Part shown: positions 12,980 to 24,139 of the stretch, piece by piece
Layout: every line of letters begins with the position of its first letter
How positions within the stretch are numbered: the first letter of the stretch is position 1
Assembly (NCBI GenBank): GCA_032718475.1
Contig: JAUCBJ010000548.1
Span: 75,994 to 139,993 of the forward strand
Direction: 5' to 3'
Source: Nemertoderma westbladi
Lineage: Eukaryota; Animalia; Xenacoelomorpha
Length of the DNA: 64,000 nt
The notes under the pieces: model-generated
Seen by the model: only the letters and a program-made list of their open reading frames with translations
The model's database searches: none
Told to the model about the DNA's origin: nothing
Program-made: the position numbers and the translations under genes

Positions 12980-13660
12980 CCCCCGTGACTGCATACTGCA
13001 CTAAATTTCAACCAACGCCCCAACCAGCCACCCGACAAAAATAATTACACATACAGCAAAATGCAATTATTGGTGTAATATGTAAGTTAAAAAAAATTTG
13101 ATAATAATTGTTAGCTGCATAAACTTATGTTAAAAAAAAAAGGGGGGCCTCAGTTAGCCATTCTTACAGCCAGAAGTTTATTTTTAATATTGTTGTTATT
13201 TTATAACAATCAACAACATAAATATTATCAATTAAAATATAATTAGTAAATTTAGAAAATTATAAAATAATAAAAGTAAGAAATATATTATAATAACCTA
13301 GGTAGCAATTGTCCGGGTCAATTCATTGTACTTTTTAGATGGTGAGTAATTATTATTATATTGTTGCTTTGCGTTAAATATAATAAAATATAATAAAATA
13401 TAATAGAGCTCATGAAAAGGGCAGCGATAATAACTGTCTGTAATGGCAGCAATATATAATATTTCGTATCTTTTATTTGTTGTTATCTGCTATTCAGTAT
13501 AAAGGGTTACTTACACTTCCTGTTTTTGAATGTCGCATATTACAAAACAGACTTGCATGGCACAGTTATACTTCAGTAATGCTGTTTGTTTGCATAAGAT
13601 TACAGGGCAGTCGTCGTCAGGCTTGTTTCGAACGATTATGGATACAGTAGTTAATAATGG

Positions 13661-13740
13661 CGCGGTTGTGCTTGAGATTGTCACATAAGATTTCTATTTA
13701 ACCTTTGAAACCAAATAAAAGTAGTCTCGTGATGTCGTTA
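13661..13740. promoter_or_regulatory. Non-coding element A upstream of V2 (paralog of 22357-22436 upstream of V1)
   Basis: Ungapped 54/70 identity with 22357-22426; core ctttgaaaccaaataaa. Confidence 0.45.
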
Positions 13741-13743
13741 CGT

Positions 13744-13954
13744 GAGACAGGGGGGAAACTGGACGCAAATCACATCTTGGCGATTTAATATCCCGCCTCA
13801 ATGTTAAGTTCTCAATTTAGGGAAAGGAGCAGGTTACAGTGGACGTTATTTTAACCAAAACAATAAACTAAACACAATAGAACAGGTTTCAGTTTTATTT
13901 TTGAGAATAATCAGCTGTTATTTGCGTCGAATTTCTCCCGGAGAGGGATGAATT
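13744..13954. promoter_or_regulatory. Conserved non-coding module B, copy between innexin exons V1 and V2
   Basis: Alignable over about 210 nt with 1301-1512. Contains a CAGCTG E-box, two ACARGTTWCAG-like motifs and ~20-nt imperfect inverted ends. Confidence 0.5.
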
Positions 13955-14400
13955 GTAAAGTACTTTGCAACAAGTATTTATGTAGTTTTATTCCAAAATT
14001 GTAACAGTACGAAATGATTGTATATATATTATAAGTGATATAAACTGCACAAATTAAATTAGTTGCTGTATTAATAAATGTAAAAATTACATAAATTATG
14101 TTAAAAAAAGTTAGCTTATATTTATTATGGCGTTTGGAGCCATGTTAATAATATAGCTACTGGTTATTAATAGCTATACCCCGCCTACCGGTAGGTAATG
14201 CAGTAGGCCTATCCGGCTGACAGGTAAATACCACCTATTGTTTACGTGGTAACCAATGAAGGCGTTAAGTAATGTCCACTAAGGGGACATTACTTAACTG
14301 AATTATACCAATACAATACTAAATGTACAGGACAATACAATGCTGTAAAATCCTCAAAAGTTGTAAAGTGCTACATAACAACTCGCTGTTAATACTAACG
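13955..14400. repeat. Dispersed repeat (inverted copy at ~48110-48546)
   Basis: Long near-identical inverted match, e.g. tagctactggttattaatagctataccccgcctaccggtaggtaatgcagtaggcctat vs ataggcctactgcattacctaccggtaggcggggtatagctattaataaccagtagcta. Confidence 0.85.
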
Positions 14401-15425
14401 GCATTGAGTAATGTTACAATTTTTGAATAAAGATCATTATATTTATAAATTTAATTTTTTCGCTGTAACAGTGGCCTAGTATCCGAATTTGTAAAGCATA
14501 CTTATTATTACTCGTCGTGGCTGTAAAATAATGTGCTAAATTTTACTACAATTGGATGTCTATAGTCAGTCACGGACATTAATGTTGTCATTTTAAAACA
14601 GAAAGAAATTATTAGGCACTTGCGACATTGCATTATCCTGCTATTTTAGGGCAGTTATGTAGCTTTTCTGTGTCACCTCTCACTTAGGGTCATTCACATA
14701 ACTCTTAGAACGGCTGTACTGATAAATATATTATTAACTGGGTGTGATATATTGGAATATGTCATCATATTGTGGCAAACTGACCACATACCATTCCCAA
14801 ACCTACCGACTGACCCAAACAATAAATATAAACCATTATATAGTCCCCTACAAATTAAGTTTATTTCATCTCCCGCACTCACTCACATTTCACTTCTAAA
14901 TATGTAAAATAATACAAGTAGTATGATATAGATAAGTCGGTAGTTAAAGTAGTCAAATACGCTTTGACCAGTGACAGTTCAAGCTCCACTTTGAAAATAT
15001 TAATAACAATAAAAAATAAGACGATTATTACAACGTATCTACATCTATGCTGAATTGTTACTGTTAATTGCTGGTTAAGTAAATTATGTATGCCTTTTTA
15101 TTGTCCATTATATTATTCATTATTGTTCATTATATTACATCGCATAGGTGAGACCTCATGTTTACTATTTGTAATGTCATTCGAAAATATTTTAAGGAAT
15201 GGAGCAAACTTCAGCACAATAGAATTCCATACATTGCTCTAATTTCAGCAATTTGAAAAATATAATCTGATAAAGTCTCTAGTTATCGAATAGTTGTTGT
15301 ACCTTTGTGCTTGTACCAAAAATGAAAGAGATAAGTAATTCATCTGCTTTATATTCAGAGCCCGAAATGGAAAATTTAATTATTTGAAAAATGCGAATTA
15401 AAAATTCAAACTAAAACTAATTTAC

Positions 15426-15974
15426 CTTATCAACTCTCTTGTCAACAGCCTCATCATCATCTATGGCGAATCGCAGTTCTGCAACTACCTTTTTAACCTC
15501 TGCCATTCCCCATGACTTTAGTATCAGGTAGGGAACATAGTATGCACCAGCTCCTAGAAAGAAATAAAAAGGCACCCACTGGTACCACAGATGGTAGACT
15601 CTAGTAGCCGCAATCACATCATTGGGGTCACAAGGAATGACGTTCCCGTAGAGATCTAAACGACCTTGTTGGCAATGAGGTACATCTTCAGGAATGATAC
15701 CGGGGTAAGGGAGATATTGGGAAGGTATATCATAAGCTTCCTTGATGGTATACAGTCCTTGAGTCCAACAATAATCCTCCGAGAACTGTATTGTAAACTT
15801 TTCAAATCCATGGCATTCTAGAATGTTTCCGAGATACGATCGTACAGAAGCGACTGTTCCCATGACCATCATTAAGGAAAACATTCCGATGCGATTCAAC
15901 CGGTCCCAACCATCATCTATAGATAGTTGACCCTTGGCCAGAGGGATCGCCTTGAAAATGTCAACAAAACTCAT
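15426..15974 (-). CDS. Innexin N-terminal (variable) exon V1, 183 codons
   Basis: Same motifs as V2 (19 aa differences in 183). Ends ...RVDK then donor AAG|gtaaat at 15425. Confidence 0.93.
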
Positions 15975-16901
15975 CTTATCTGAGTTGTCACATATACCAG
16001 GTATCGTATATTGTAATTAAAACAACAGTAACTTTTACTGGCAGGTTTCTTTTATTGGGTAAATCATTATTTATCATATGTATTTGTGTTTGGTAAAACG
16101 TGAACTGATCGTGTCGTGTTAAGGAGGCGCAATAATAATGGATACTGGTCGCTTGGTGTGGACCACAAACGATTTATGACAATCATTGAAGTCATTATCA
16201 ATGGTGTTTGTAGTTGTTGCAATGAGATATCAAGTGCGTTTAGGTAATAATCACGATTCAGCAACAGTCGCGATTTGGTAATTCATTTGTGATTCGGCAA
16301 AAAAAGTCCACAGTTACGAAAACCAGTAAAATAAAAATTTCTAAAATATATTCTCACAGCAGAATAATCATTGTTCCACAGAGATAGAAAGACTGTTATC
16401 ATTGATAATAGATACACAATTATCATCAGAGAAAGCTATTCTATATTGACCTGTATTGTTATGTAAATGGATCAAATCTGATTAAAGAATATGGGTAGGT
16501 TTGTTGATTCCATTCAAGTCGTATACAAAGCTGGTCCCGAAACACCAATTCATTTAAACTAAACAGCACTACAGGAGTTCGATTGTATGTAATAATAATT
16601 GTGTATCAGATTAATTATTATTATTATTAATATTTTCATAACAACATGCGCACTAAGCGCTATAGTTTAAATTGCCCGGTTCAGAATACTCAACATAATC
16701 ATGAACATACAGTAGGTTATAATGTATGCATAGGTACCGAAAAAAGAAACCGTGAAAACCCAATCAATTTCAATTTATAACTAATATTATTATACCATAC
16801 CAGACTTTTATAATAACACTTAATATCTAATAGGCTTACATTAATAATTATGGAATTAATAAATGAAAACTGCGGTAGTAGCTCTAATTTATATAATACT
16901 T

Positions 16902-17420
16902 TCAAGGTAGGAATTCAGACCGACGTTTAAATGCCTTAAAAACATATATGCTTAATTGTTTTGTTTTGTTCTGAGATGGTAAAGCTAATAACTCAAATAA
17001 TTTACCAATTGTAGGTAATCTTGTGTATTTAGCGGGAAGAAATTTCTCCCGCAGGGATTTATAAAGCGGACACTTCAATACGAAATGGTATTCGTCCTCA
17101 ACCTCCCCCAGATCGCAAAGTTGGCACAATCTCTCGCCACGCGGAATATTGTGCCAACGACCGAGCTCGACCTGCAGACGGTGAGACGAACATCTCAACT
17201 TTGTTAATGTCCGACGCAGGGTTGGGTAACCACTCATATAGTTTAGATACTGCTCCATACCAAACGAGTGTTTAACATACCACAAACTACGTGAGGTACT
17301 AGCTAAATTAGTCCACCATGTTTGAATGAAATTATCTTTTACTATTTGCGATAGCTGACTTATAAGTATTTTAGAATCGGGAACAAATTGATTATCCCAT
17401 ATGTAGTTTAGTCCTGCGCC
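16902..17420 (-). mobile_element. 3' fragment of a non-LTR retrotransposon ORF2 (L2/Crack/CR1-group-like C-terminus)
   Basis: LTKLRCSSHRLQVELGRW...RLCQLCDLGEVEDEYHFVLKCPLY is the C-terminal CCHC-type region typical of APE-type LINE ORF2s. Confidence 0.75.
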
Positions 17421-17515
17421 ATACAATGGTACAATGGTACCATACAATGGTATTAATGGTACCGATACAGTTTAATTTTGTGGAATTATGTTATAAGACA
17501 TAAATACTACTACTA

Positions 17516-18766
17516 CTAGGTCGAGCGAACTCGGACAGTGGAAATGAGATCCTTCCAGGCTTCCCGATTCTCCATAGTTGTCGCAATTTCGTTTCTCCCA
17601 AGTTCAGTATCCCTTTCAAGTTGATCTATATATGTTATGGCCGGTCGTCCACGACTACGCTTTCCATGAGTTGGTTGCCAGAGAAGTAGATCTGGTATGA
17701 CCTCGTCTTTACTTCGCCAGCAGTGCCCAATGAATCTTAACCTCCGTTCACGTAGGGTGGTTGATACAGGTGGTATTGTACCATAAAGCTCGGCGTTTGT
17801 CATGTGTTGTCTCCAGCTGATGTTTAGGGCTGCCCTTAGTAGTCTTGTGTAGCAACCACCAATTCGTTGTTCAAGTGATTTAGTCAGTGTCCAGGTCTCA
17901 CCCCCGTATAAAAATACACTTTCCACTGTGGCTCGAAAGAACTTAGTCTTCAGGTGCCTGGAGAGATCTGATTTCCAGATGGTATCCATTTTTGATAGAG
18001 CTACCCAGGCCTTTGCTTTCCTAACTTCTATGTCCTTTTTGCTACTCTCTATCCATGATCCAAGGTACTGGAAGTCATCGACCTTCCTTAGTTGATTATT
18101 ATCAATGGTTGTCAAGTTCCCATCAACATTAAAGATCATGAATTCGGTCTTTGTAGCATTTATATGCAATCCAACCTCCTTAGCAGCCCTCCCCACTTTA
18201 TTTAGTAGAAGCTGTGCATCTGCTAGCGTATTAGAGAGCAGGGCGATGTCATCCACAAAGTCGGTGTCTGTGACTGTAGTTGCCGGATATCTACTACTTC
18301 TGCGTTCTTGAAGTGTGAATCCCAGATCTTCACCCTTTGTGGCCGTCCTCATTGCGTAATCCAGCACAATTACAAATAGTAATGGTGCTAATGTGTCACC
18401 TTGCAGTACGCCAGCCAGGATTGAGAAAAACTCAGTTTCACCATCTGGTGAGAGTACCTGCGCTTCTGTGTCACAATATAACAATCCAATGCCAGCAACA
18501 ATTACTTCTGGTATTCCATAAGCTCTTAGGATTTCAAGCATTTTACCTCTATGGATGGAGTCGAATGCCTTCTTGAAGTCCACAAAAGTCATGACTGCGG
18601 GGAGATTCTTTGACTTAATTCCTTCAATCAGTCTCCGTAGTGCAAGTATCTGAGCTATTGTTGATCTACTTGGTCGAAATCCGTTTTGGCTCTTACGCAG
18701 TAGTTTCTCTATGTGAGGCCTAATCCTATATAGAATCATTTTATTGTATATTTTGGCAGCTACCAC
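17516..18766 (-). pseudogene. RTE-type reverse transcriptase domain
   Basis: QNGFRPSRST, FVDFKKAFDS, GVLQGDTLAP, DFVDD (canonical FADD), FQYLGS, RRLRFIGHCWR. Confidence 0.88.
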
Positions 18767-18869
18767 AAGCAGACAGATCCCACGATAGTTTGTTGTATGC
18801 CGAGGTCTCCTTTCTTGGGGAGAGGCTTTAGTTGACCTTTAGTCCAAATTGGTGGTGGCTTTTCCCCTT

Positions 18870-19860
18870 TTAACATCCGGTTGCAAATAATGGTCTGTTT
18901 AGCACTCCGGTTTTCCATACCTCCGCTGGGATTTCATCTAATCCACTCGCTTTATTATTGGACATGCTTTTAATGCTTCTTTGGAGTTCGGCAGGTGTGA
19001 AGTCCCCTGTTTCTATAGGTAGTGTCTTGTCATATATTTTCCTTGTAGGGCTGACCTCGATGTTTGGTGGCTGCCCAAGCAAGTTGCTGAAGTGATTTTT
19101 CCACTTCCCAACACGTTCTTCAGGACTATCGGCTTTGAGGCGCCCCTTTGCACAACTTTTACGACCAGATACCTCATTTACAGTTTGCCAGGTAAGTCTC
19201 GATTGTTGCTGTATGTGAGCAGTTGTAATTGCTTCAGTTTTATCCTGTATGTACTTTTCCTGGCTGATGTTGTAGGCCAATTTAAGATCGTCCTTAGCTT
19301 TCTCAACCTTATTAATGTTTTCAGTTGTTGGTTGTTCGGTTTTAACTTTGTAGGCTATCTTAAGATCTTCTCTCTTACAAGTAACCTCAGAGTTTTGCCA
19401 TGGCACATACTGTTTTCGTTTGGGTTTCTGGGGGATATGCCTCTTAGCTGATTCCTTGTGGGCTGTTATTGTATTCTGGTATATTGAATCGGTGGATTGG
19501 TCTTCATCCATTGACTGAAGTGCTTCAAAGCGGTTTTGAACTTCTACTGTATAAGCATCCTTTACAGCATTGTCAGTTCTGAGTTTCTCCCAGTCATAGT
19601 TGATTTGCTTGCTTGTCCTGGGTTTGCTGGCTCTCAAACTGAGTCTTATCTCTGCAGTCACAATTCTGTGGTCCGAACCAATTAGGTTGAACGAGCTGTA
19701 TGCCTCGCAGTTGACCATGCTGTTTCTCCACTTTTTGTTTATAAGGATGTAATCCCGTTGTGCTTTGGTTCCATTAGGGTATTGAAAGGTCCATAGCTTC
19801 CCCTTACTCTTTTCGAATGTGTTGTTTGTTGGTATCAATTCACATTCTTCCATTAGGTCT
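18870..19860 (-). pseudogene. RTE-type endonuclease C-terminus/linker (upstream frame of the same LINE)
   Basis: KLWTFQYPNGTKAQRDYILINKKWRNS...SDHRIV...NRFEAL...WKNHFSNLL. The first ~55 aa of the listed ORF come from an unrelated repeat. Confidence 0.8.
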
Positions 19861-19884
19861 AAAAGTAAGTAAGTACCCATTTCT

Positions 19885-20030
19885 GTTAGAACTGGTGTTA
19901 TAGGTAAGACATAAATAAGCTCTATAAAACACTTCATAAAGATAAATTTAAAAAAATAAAAAAACTCCATATATAAAATTCCAATAAAAAGTCGACCGAA
20001 AAGTGAAATCCTGGTATTCTTCACATGGGC
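19885..20030. repeat. Half copy of a small TIR element family (CCCATGTGAAGAATACCAGG end)
   Basis: Inverted match to 45093-45220; the same end also occurs at ~28820-28878. Confidence 0.7.
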
Positions 20031-20199
20031 GGGAATTATAATTATTGTTAGGTAACCTCTTGTCTATCATAACGCACAATTCAATTCAATTCTTTTATAT
20101 TGGTCTAAAACTTCAGTCAGCAAGCTGAGCTGAAGGCAGTTTAAAACAACTGATAATTATAAGACCAACGTCTACGCTACCCTAAGTACAACCAAACAA

Positions 20200-20460
20200 A
20201 TACGTGAACCACAAGTAATGTTTATTTTAATTTTGGTAATAAGTTATTAAAATTATGAATTTTTTCTTGTTTTAATCGGAAGGTCATTCCATAATTTTAC
20301 CAATTTATTAACTAAACTGTTTTGTACTACAGATAATGATTTACTTATTTTAGGCAATTTTAACTTCCCAGTTAGCCCGTTTAATAAATTAGCCCTAATT
20401 ATATCTGTCTGTCCCAATGAATGGTAATTTAATTTTAGTAAAAGCGTTTCTCAATCCATA
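20200..20460 (-). mobile_element. Degenerate LINE (CR1/L2-like) 3' end
   Basis: The minus strand reads ...QNSLVNKLVKLWNDLP..., the WN.LP motif found at CR1/L2 ORF2 ends. Confidence 0.4.
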
Positions 20461-21059
20461 ACTATATTTGAAAATGAAAAGAAGACCAAAGTATTCTCTA
20501 AAAGCCGATCACAGGGGAATTTTTGCTAATTTTCGCAGGTCAGTGATCGTGCAATCCCTAATCTTCCTGCTGTATAGTGTATACACTGCACGGTCAGTGT
20601 TTATGCAATGCTTCCCCAACATTCAGGCTGGGTAACACCACATACGACCCACTTTTAAACACCACAACCGCACACTCCAACGCTTTTTACAAACTATCAA
20701 CACAACTCATTTAATTGTCTTAATGGGACAATGAGCCCAACCCTTTTAATCGTTTTATCTTACGTGCATTCATAGCCGGTAGTTTATTGTTTGTCCGTAT
20801 TTATCGTTTAAATGTTCCCGTTCATATCGTTTTTACCAACCTTGACTAATATAGCCGCTGGGGCGTAAGCCAGACTGTTAATTAATTAATACAACACGTT
20901 AAGCATAATTCTGTACCTTCTCTAAATTGTATAATATTTCCTTATGACCTTTTGACCCATGTAGTGAAACTACAATAAACAACAGTAATGATGTAATGGC
21001 ATAGTAAGAGTTTTATATATCATAAGTTTAGTTGAATTTTTTAGCTCTCCCTTTATTTT

Positions 21060-21310
21060 ACGTAAACATGATGCGATTTTGTTCTAGTGTCAAGCTTGGG
21101 GGAACCAATGAGACACCTCCAATGTTATATAGTGTCTGGTTGGAGATGTGTGCATTGTACTTGACACAATGAACCCGGCGTAGCATTCTTGTGCATGTGC
21201 CATCCAGTGAATTGGTGTCCTCAGCAGTTAGAGCCCAGCATGGACTCCAATAGCGGAGTACTGGAACTACTGCTGCTCTAAATAATCGGACCTTAAGTTT
21301 CCGATTAATT
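21060..21310 (-). mobile_element. Fragment of the same RTE-like family as 26299-27600
   Basis: Near-identical to 26530-26760 (gttctagtgtcaagcttgggg...ggaccttaagtttccgattaatt); followed by a short ~30-40 bp tandem repeat at 21309-21437. Confidence 0.85.
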
Positions 21311-22356
21311 GGGTGGTGCTCACCGACTAGATGTAGAAACATTGGGTGGTGCTCACCGACTAGATGTAGAAATATTGGGGGGTGCTCATGCTCACCGACT
21401 AGATGTAGAAACATTGGGTGGTGCTCATGCTCACCGAGTACTCAGCAGTCTAGCACTGGAAACATCCAATGTCGGTTTATTTGTAAATGCTACAACATCA
21501 GAATTCCTACTGTAAACTTAATTTCCCCCAGCAGGTAGGAGTTGTCATTGGATAATCTTGTTGGTAGACCAGGCTACCTACGTTCTTGGATTCAAAGAAC
21601 TGTTGAGATCCCATCTCGGGTACAAAATGACAAAGCATGGTTAAATTTATTCCAGGCAGCAGTAGAGTCTACACTGCAATCTGTGAACCCTGATCCCAGA
21701 CTCTTACTGCATGTAAGCGAGATTTCTTGCTATGCTTACGTTCATCTGAGATTTTTTCAAGGGAACTTGGTGAGATGAACAAGAAAACTATATAATGCGG
21801 TCTCGTTTGAATATTTCCCAGCAGTGTCAGGTTCATCCTCTGTGAGTGGGGCGTTTGGAAATATACATCTTTCGAATAATGAAACATTTTGAAGAACTAT
21901 GTAAACTCGTCTTTAATTATTACACAGCTTACAAAATTGCAAATTATCAAATAGTAACTGTATTTTATTTATATTGATATGGAAGGTTACCAATAAATTG
22001 ATGTTTGTCCTTTTGCCGAATTGCGAATTACCAAATACACAACGTTGTAAGTTTGTAATTATCACATACTGTGAGACCAGTGATGATAACATTATAAGTT
22101 GTCTCGAAAGAAGTTTATAATAGGTAATTATTTTTCTATATTTTTAAATAAAAGTGACAATCTCGTAGTAGGCCTATTGTTATCTGTTTAATCGTTATCT
22201 GTTGATCAGTATAAAGTATCAGTGACTTACACCTCCATAATAATCCAAATTTGAATGTACAGTGCTACACCAAACATACCTACGCATTAATCCATTACCA
22301 ATGTTTGCGTAAGACAGCTAAAGTTGTACGACTTGCGCTTACTTATATACAGTTTC

Positions 22357-22436
22357 CGCTGTTGTGCGTGGGAATGACAAATGTGATGTCGATTTGATCT
22401 TTGAAACCAAATAAACGCAGTCACGAGAATTGTTAT
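22357..22436. promoter_or_regulatory. Non-coding element A upstream of innexin V1
   Basis: 54/70 ungapped identity with 13661-13730. Confidence 0.45.
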
Positions 22437-23344
22437 TGTGAAGATCTAATGTGATATTAAGGAATTATAACTTTTATTATAGAATTCCAATAACACTACA
22501 CACCTCCGAAGCTGTGGGGGTTGTAATATGCCGTCAGGGATAATGACTGTAGAAAGGGTCTAATGACACGGTTAATAAAAACAGTTTCTATTTATATGAC
22601 CATTTCATCCTCACGGACATCTTAAGTAAATCAATTAAAATATATATTATACAACATTAAAACACAATTTTTAAACCTAAACCATAATATTAAATTTGAC
22701 GTACGGTACAACTAATTATTATGCTACCATATCAGATATTAGATATATACACAGATATAATACTGTATGTAGGCCTAGATAGAATTGTACATGTGTTGTT
22801 AAGGTATTAAACGTTCAACTGTTAAAAATTAAAAAAAATTAAAATAAAATAAAAGGGTGCTAAATATATTGTTGGCTCGGTAAAAGTAGGTAACAGCAAA
22901 ATTACGGATTTAAAAAAAGAACGTTAAAACCGTAAAATGATTAAAAAATGACTAAAAATTGTTGGTTCCGATATAAAGTTGTTGAAGTTTACCATTTACA
23001 AATAAAGGTGGGGCTGTTAAAAAGCTAAAAAATTTAAAAAAATGTTGGATCTGAAATAAAAAATCATTAAAATATATAATTTAAAATAAAAGAGTACCTA
23101 AGCGTTAAGAGCTGCATAAAATGAGAGGTAAAGATACATTGAGGTTATACATACAGGAGATACATACAAGAGGTTACTGAAATAAAGGGAATTAGTAATA
23201 TGCCGTGGTGTTTTTGTGCTACGGAAAATCCGATAGTCAGCGATACGAATTTAATAAAGACGGGTACCGGTAATCTTAAGAAGTACTAGAACATGGAAAC
23301 ATTTCATTAACATTTCATTTCAGTATTCGCCGAGAATCTGCCAT

Positions 23345-24060
23345 TCAGTGTGGTTGAGATTAATCGCCTGTGCAGCAGTGCCAATCCATCCTGTTCGCCT
23401 AACACCTGTGAATAATCTCCTGTTATGTTTGTTCAGTGGGATCTCGTTTGCGTCTCACACGCACATTTATCTTGTAATTAGGATCGAAACGTATAGGTTT
23501 TATACGTTTGTAAGTCACATGACCCATGTCATCGATCTCCTGCCCTCGTCAGCCCATAGGTGTAATAGGATCGAAACGTAACTGTTTGGCCAACCAGTAG
23601 CTCCGACCAATCAGCATTCAGAACGTTCCGATCCCGATTTGCATAATGTCTGCCTATAAAAGGGCCTGTTTTGTCACTTTCCTCACCTTCTTGCTCCTTC
23701 ACCCTCTGCTTGCGGAAGCCCCTGACTTTTACAACAGTAAAAGTTTTTATATTTTTTGCGTCATTTTTATCTGTAAATATTTATAGTTCCGGCAGTTCTC
23801 AACGACGTCAACCTTGTTTTCTTCTCAACTTCCCATCCTATAAGGTCCACTTCATCGCTAACGGGAGGTGTCAATAAGCCCTCTCATTTCGATAAGACCC
23901 AACTGAACAGGCGCCTTCTCTCAACTCTGCGCCGTTCCTCACACACCAAACCCGATATTCATTGAACTTATTCATCTACCGTGAACGCAAATAATTATCT
24001 TATTATATTCCACTGGTGTAACGATGGCGAATGATTGCCAGTGAAAATAATATAACACCG
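23345..24060 (+). mobile_element. Possible solo-LTR-like or other retroelement terminal repeat
   Basis: GC-richer island with CCAATC (23627), a TATAAAAGG box (23656) and a duplicated taggatcgaaacgta; no partner copy or TSD found. Confidence 0.25.
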
Positions 24061-24139
24061 ATATGTTTAGACTCTACTGATCGCGGGCGAAGATTTCCCG
24101 CGGGTGAAGATTGCACCCAATCCTTCTGTTATGTCCAAT

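Larger units (their letters stand above)
17505..19860 (-). mobile_element. 5'-truncated RTE-clade LINE (APE endonuclease remnant + RT), frameshifted
   Basis: DYILIN...SDHRIV (endonuclease end), KASGLDEIPAE, then the RT ORF; short (GTA)n tail at 17505-17518. Confidence 0.88.

Noticed and set aside
13690-13730. aaccaaataaa match to exon 2 (LYLV) suggesting a second exon-2 copy here and at 22400
   Set aside because: At 13.7 kb the matching frame hits a stop within a few codons and there is no surrounding innexin similarity or splice-site pair; it is part of non-coding element A.
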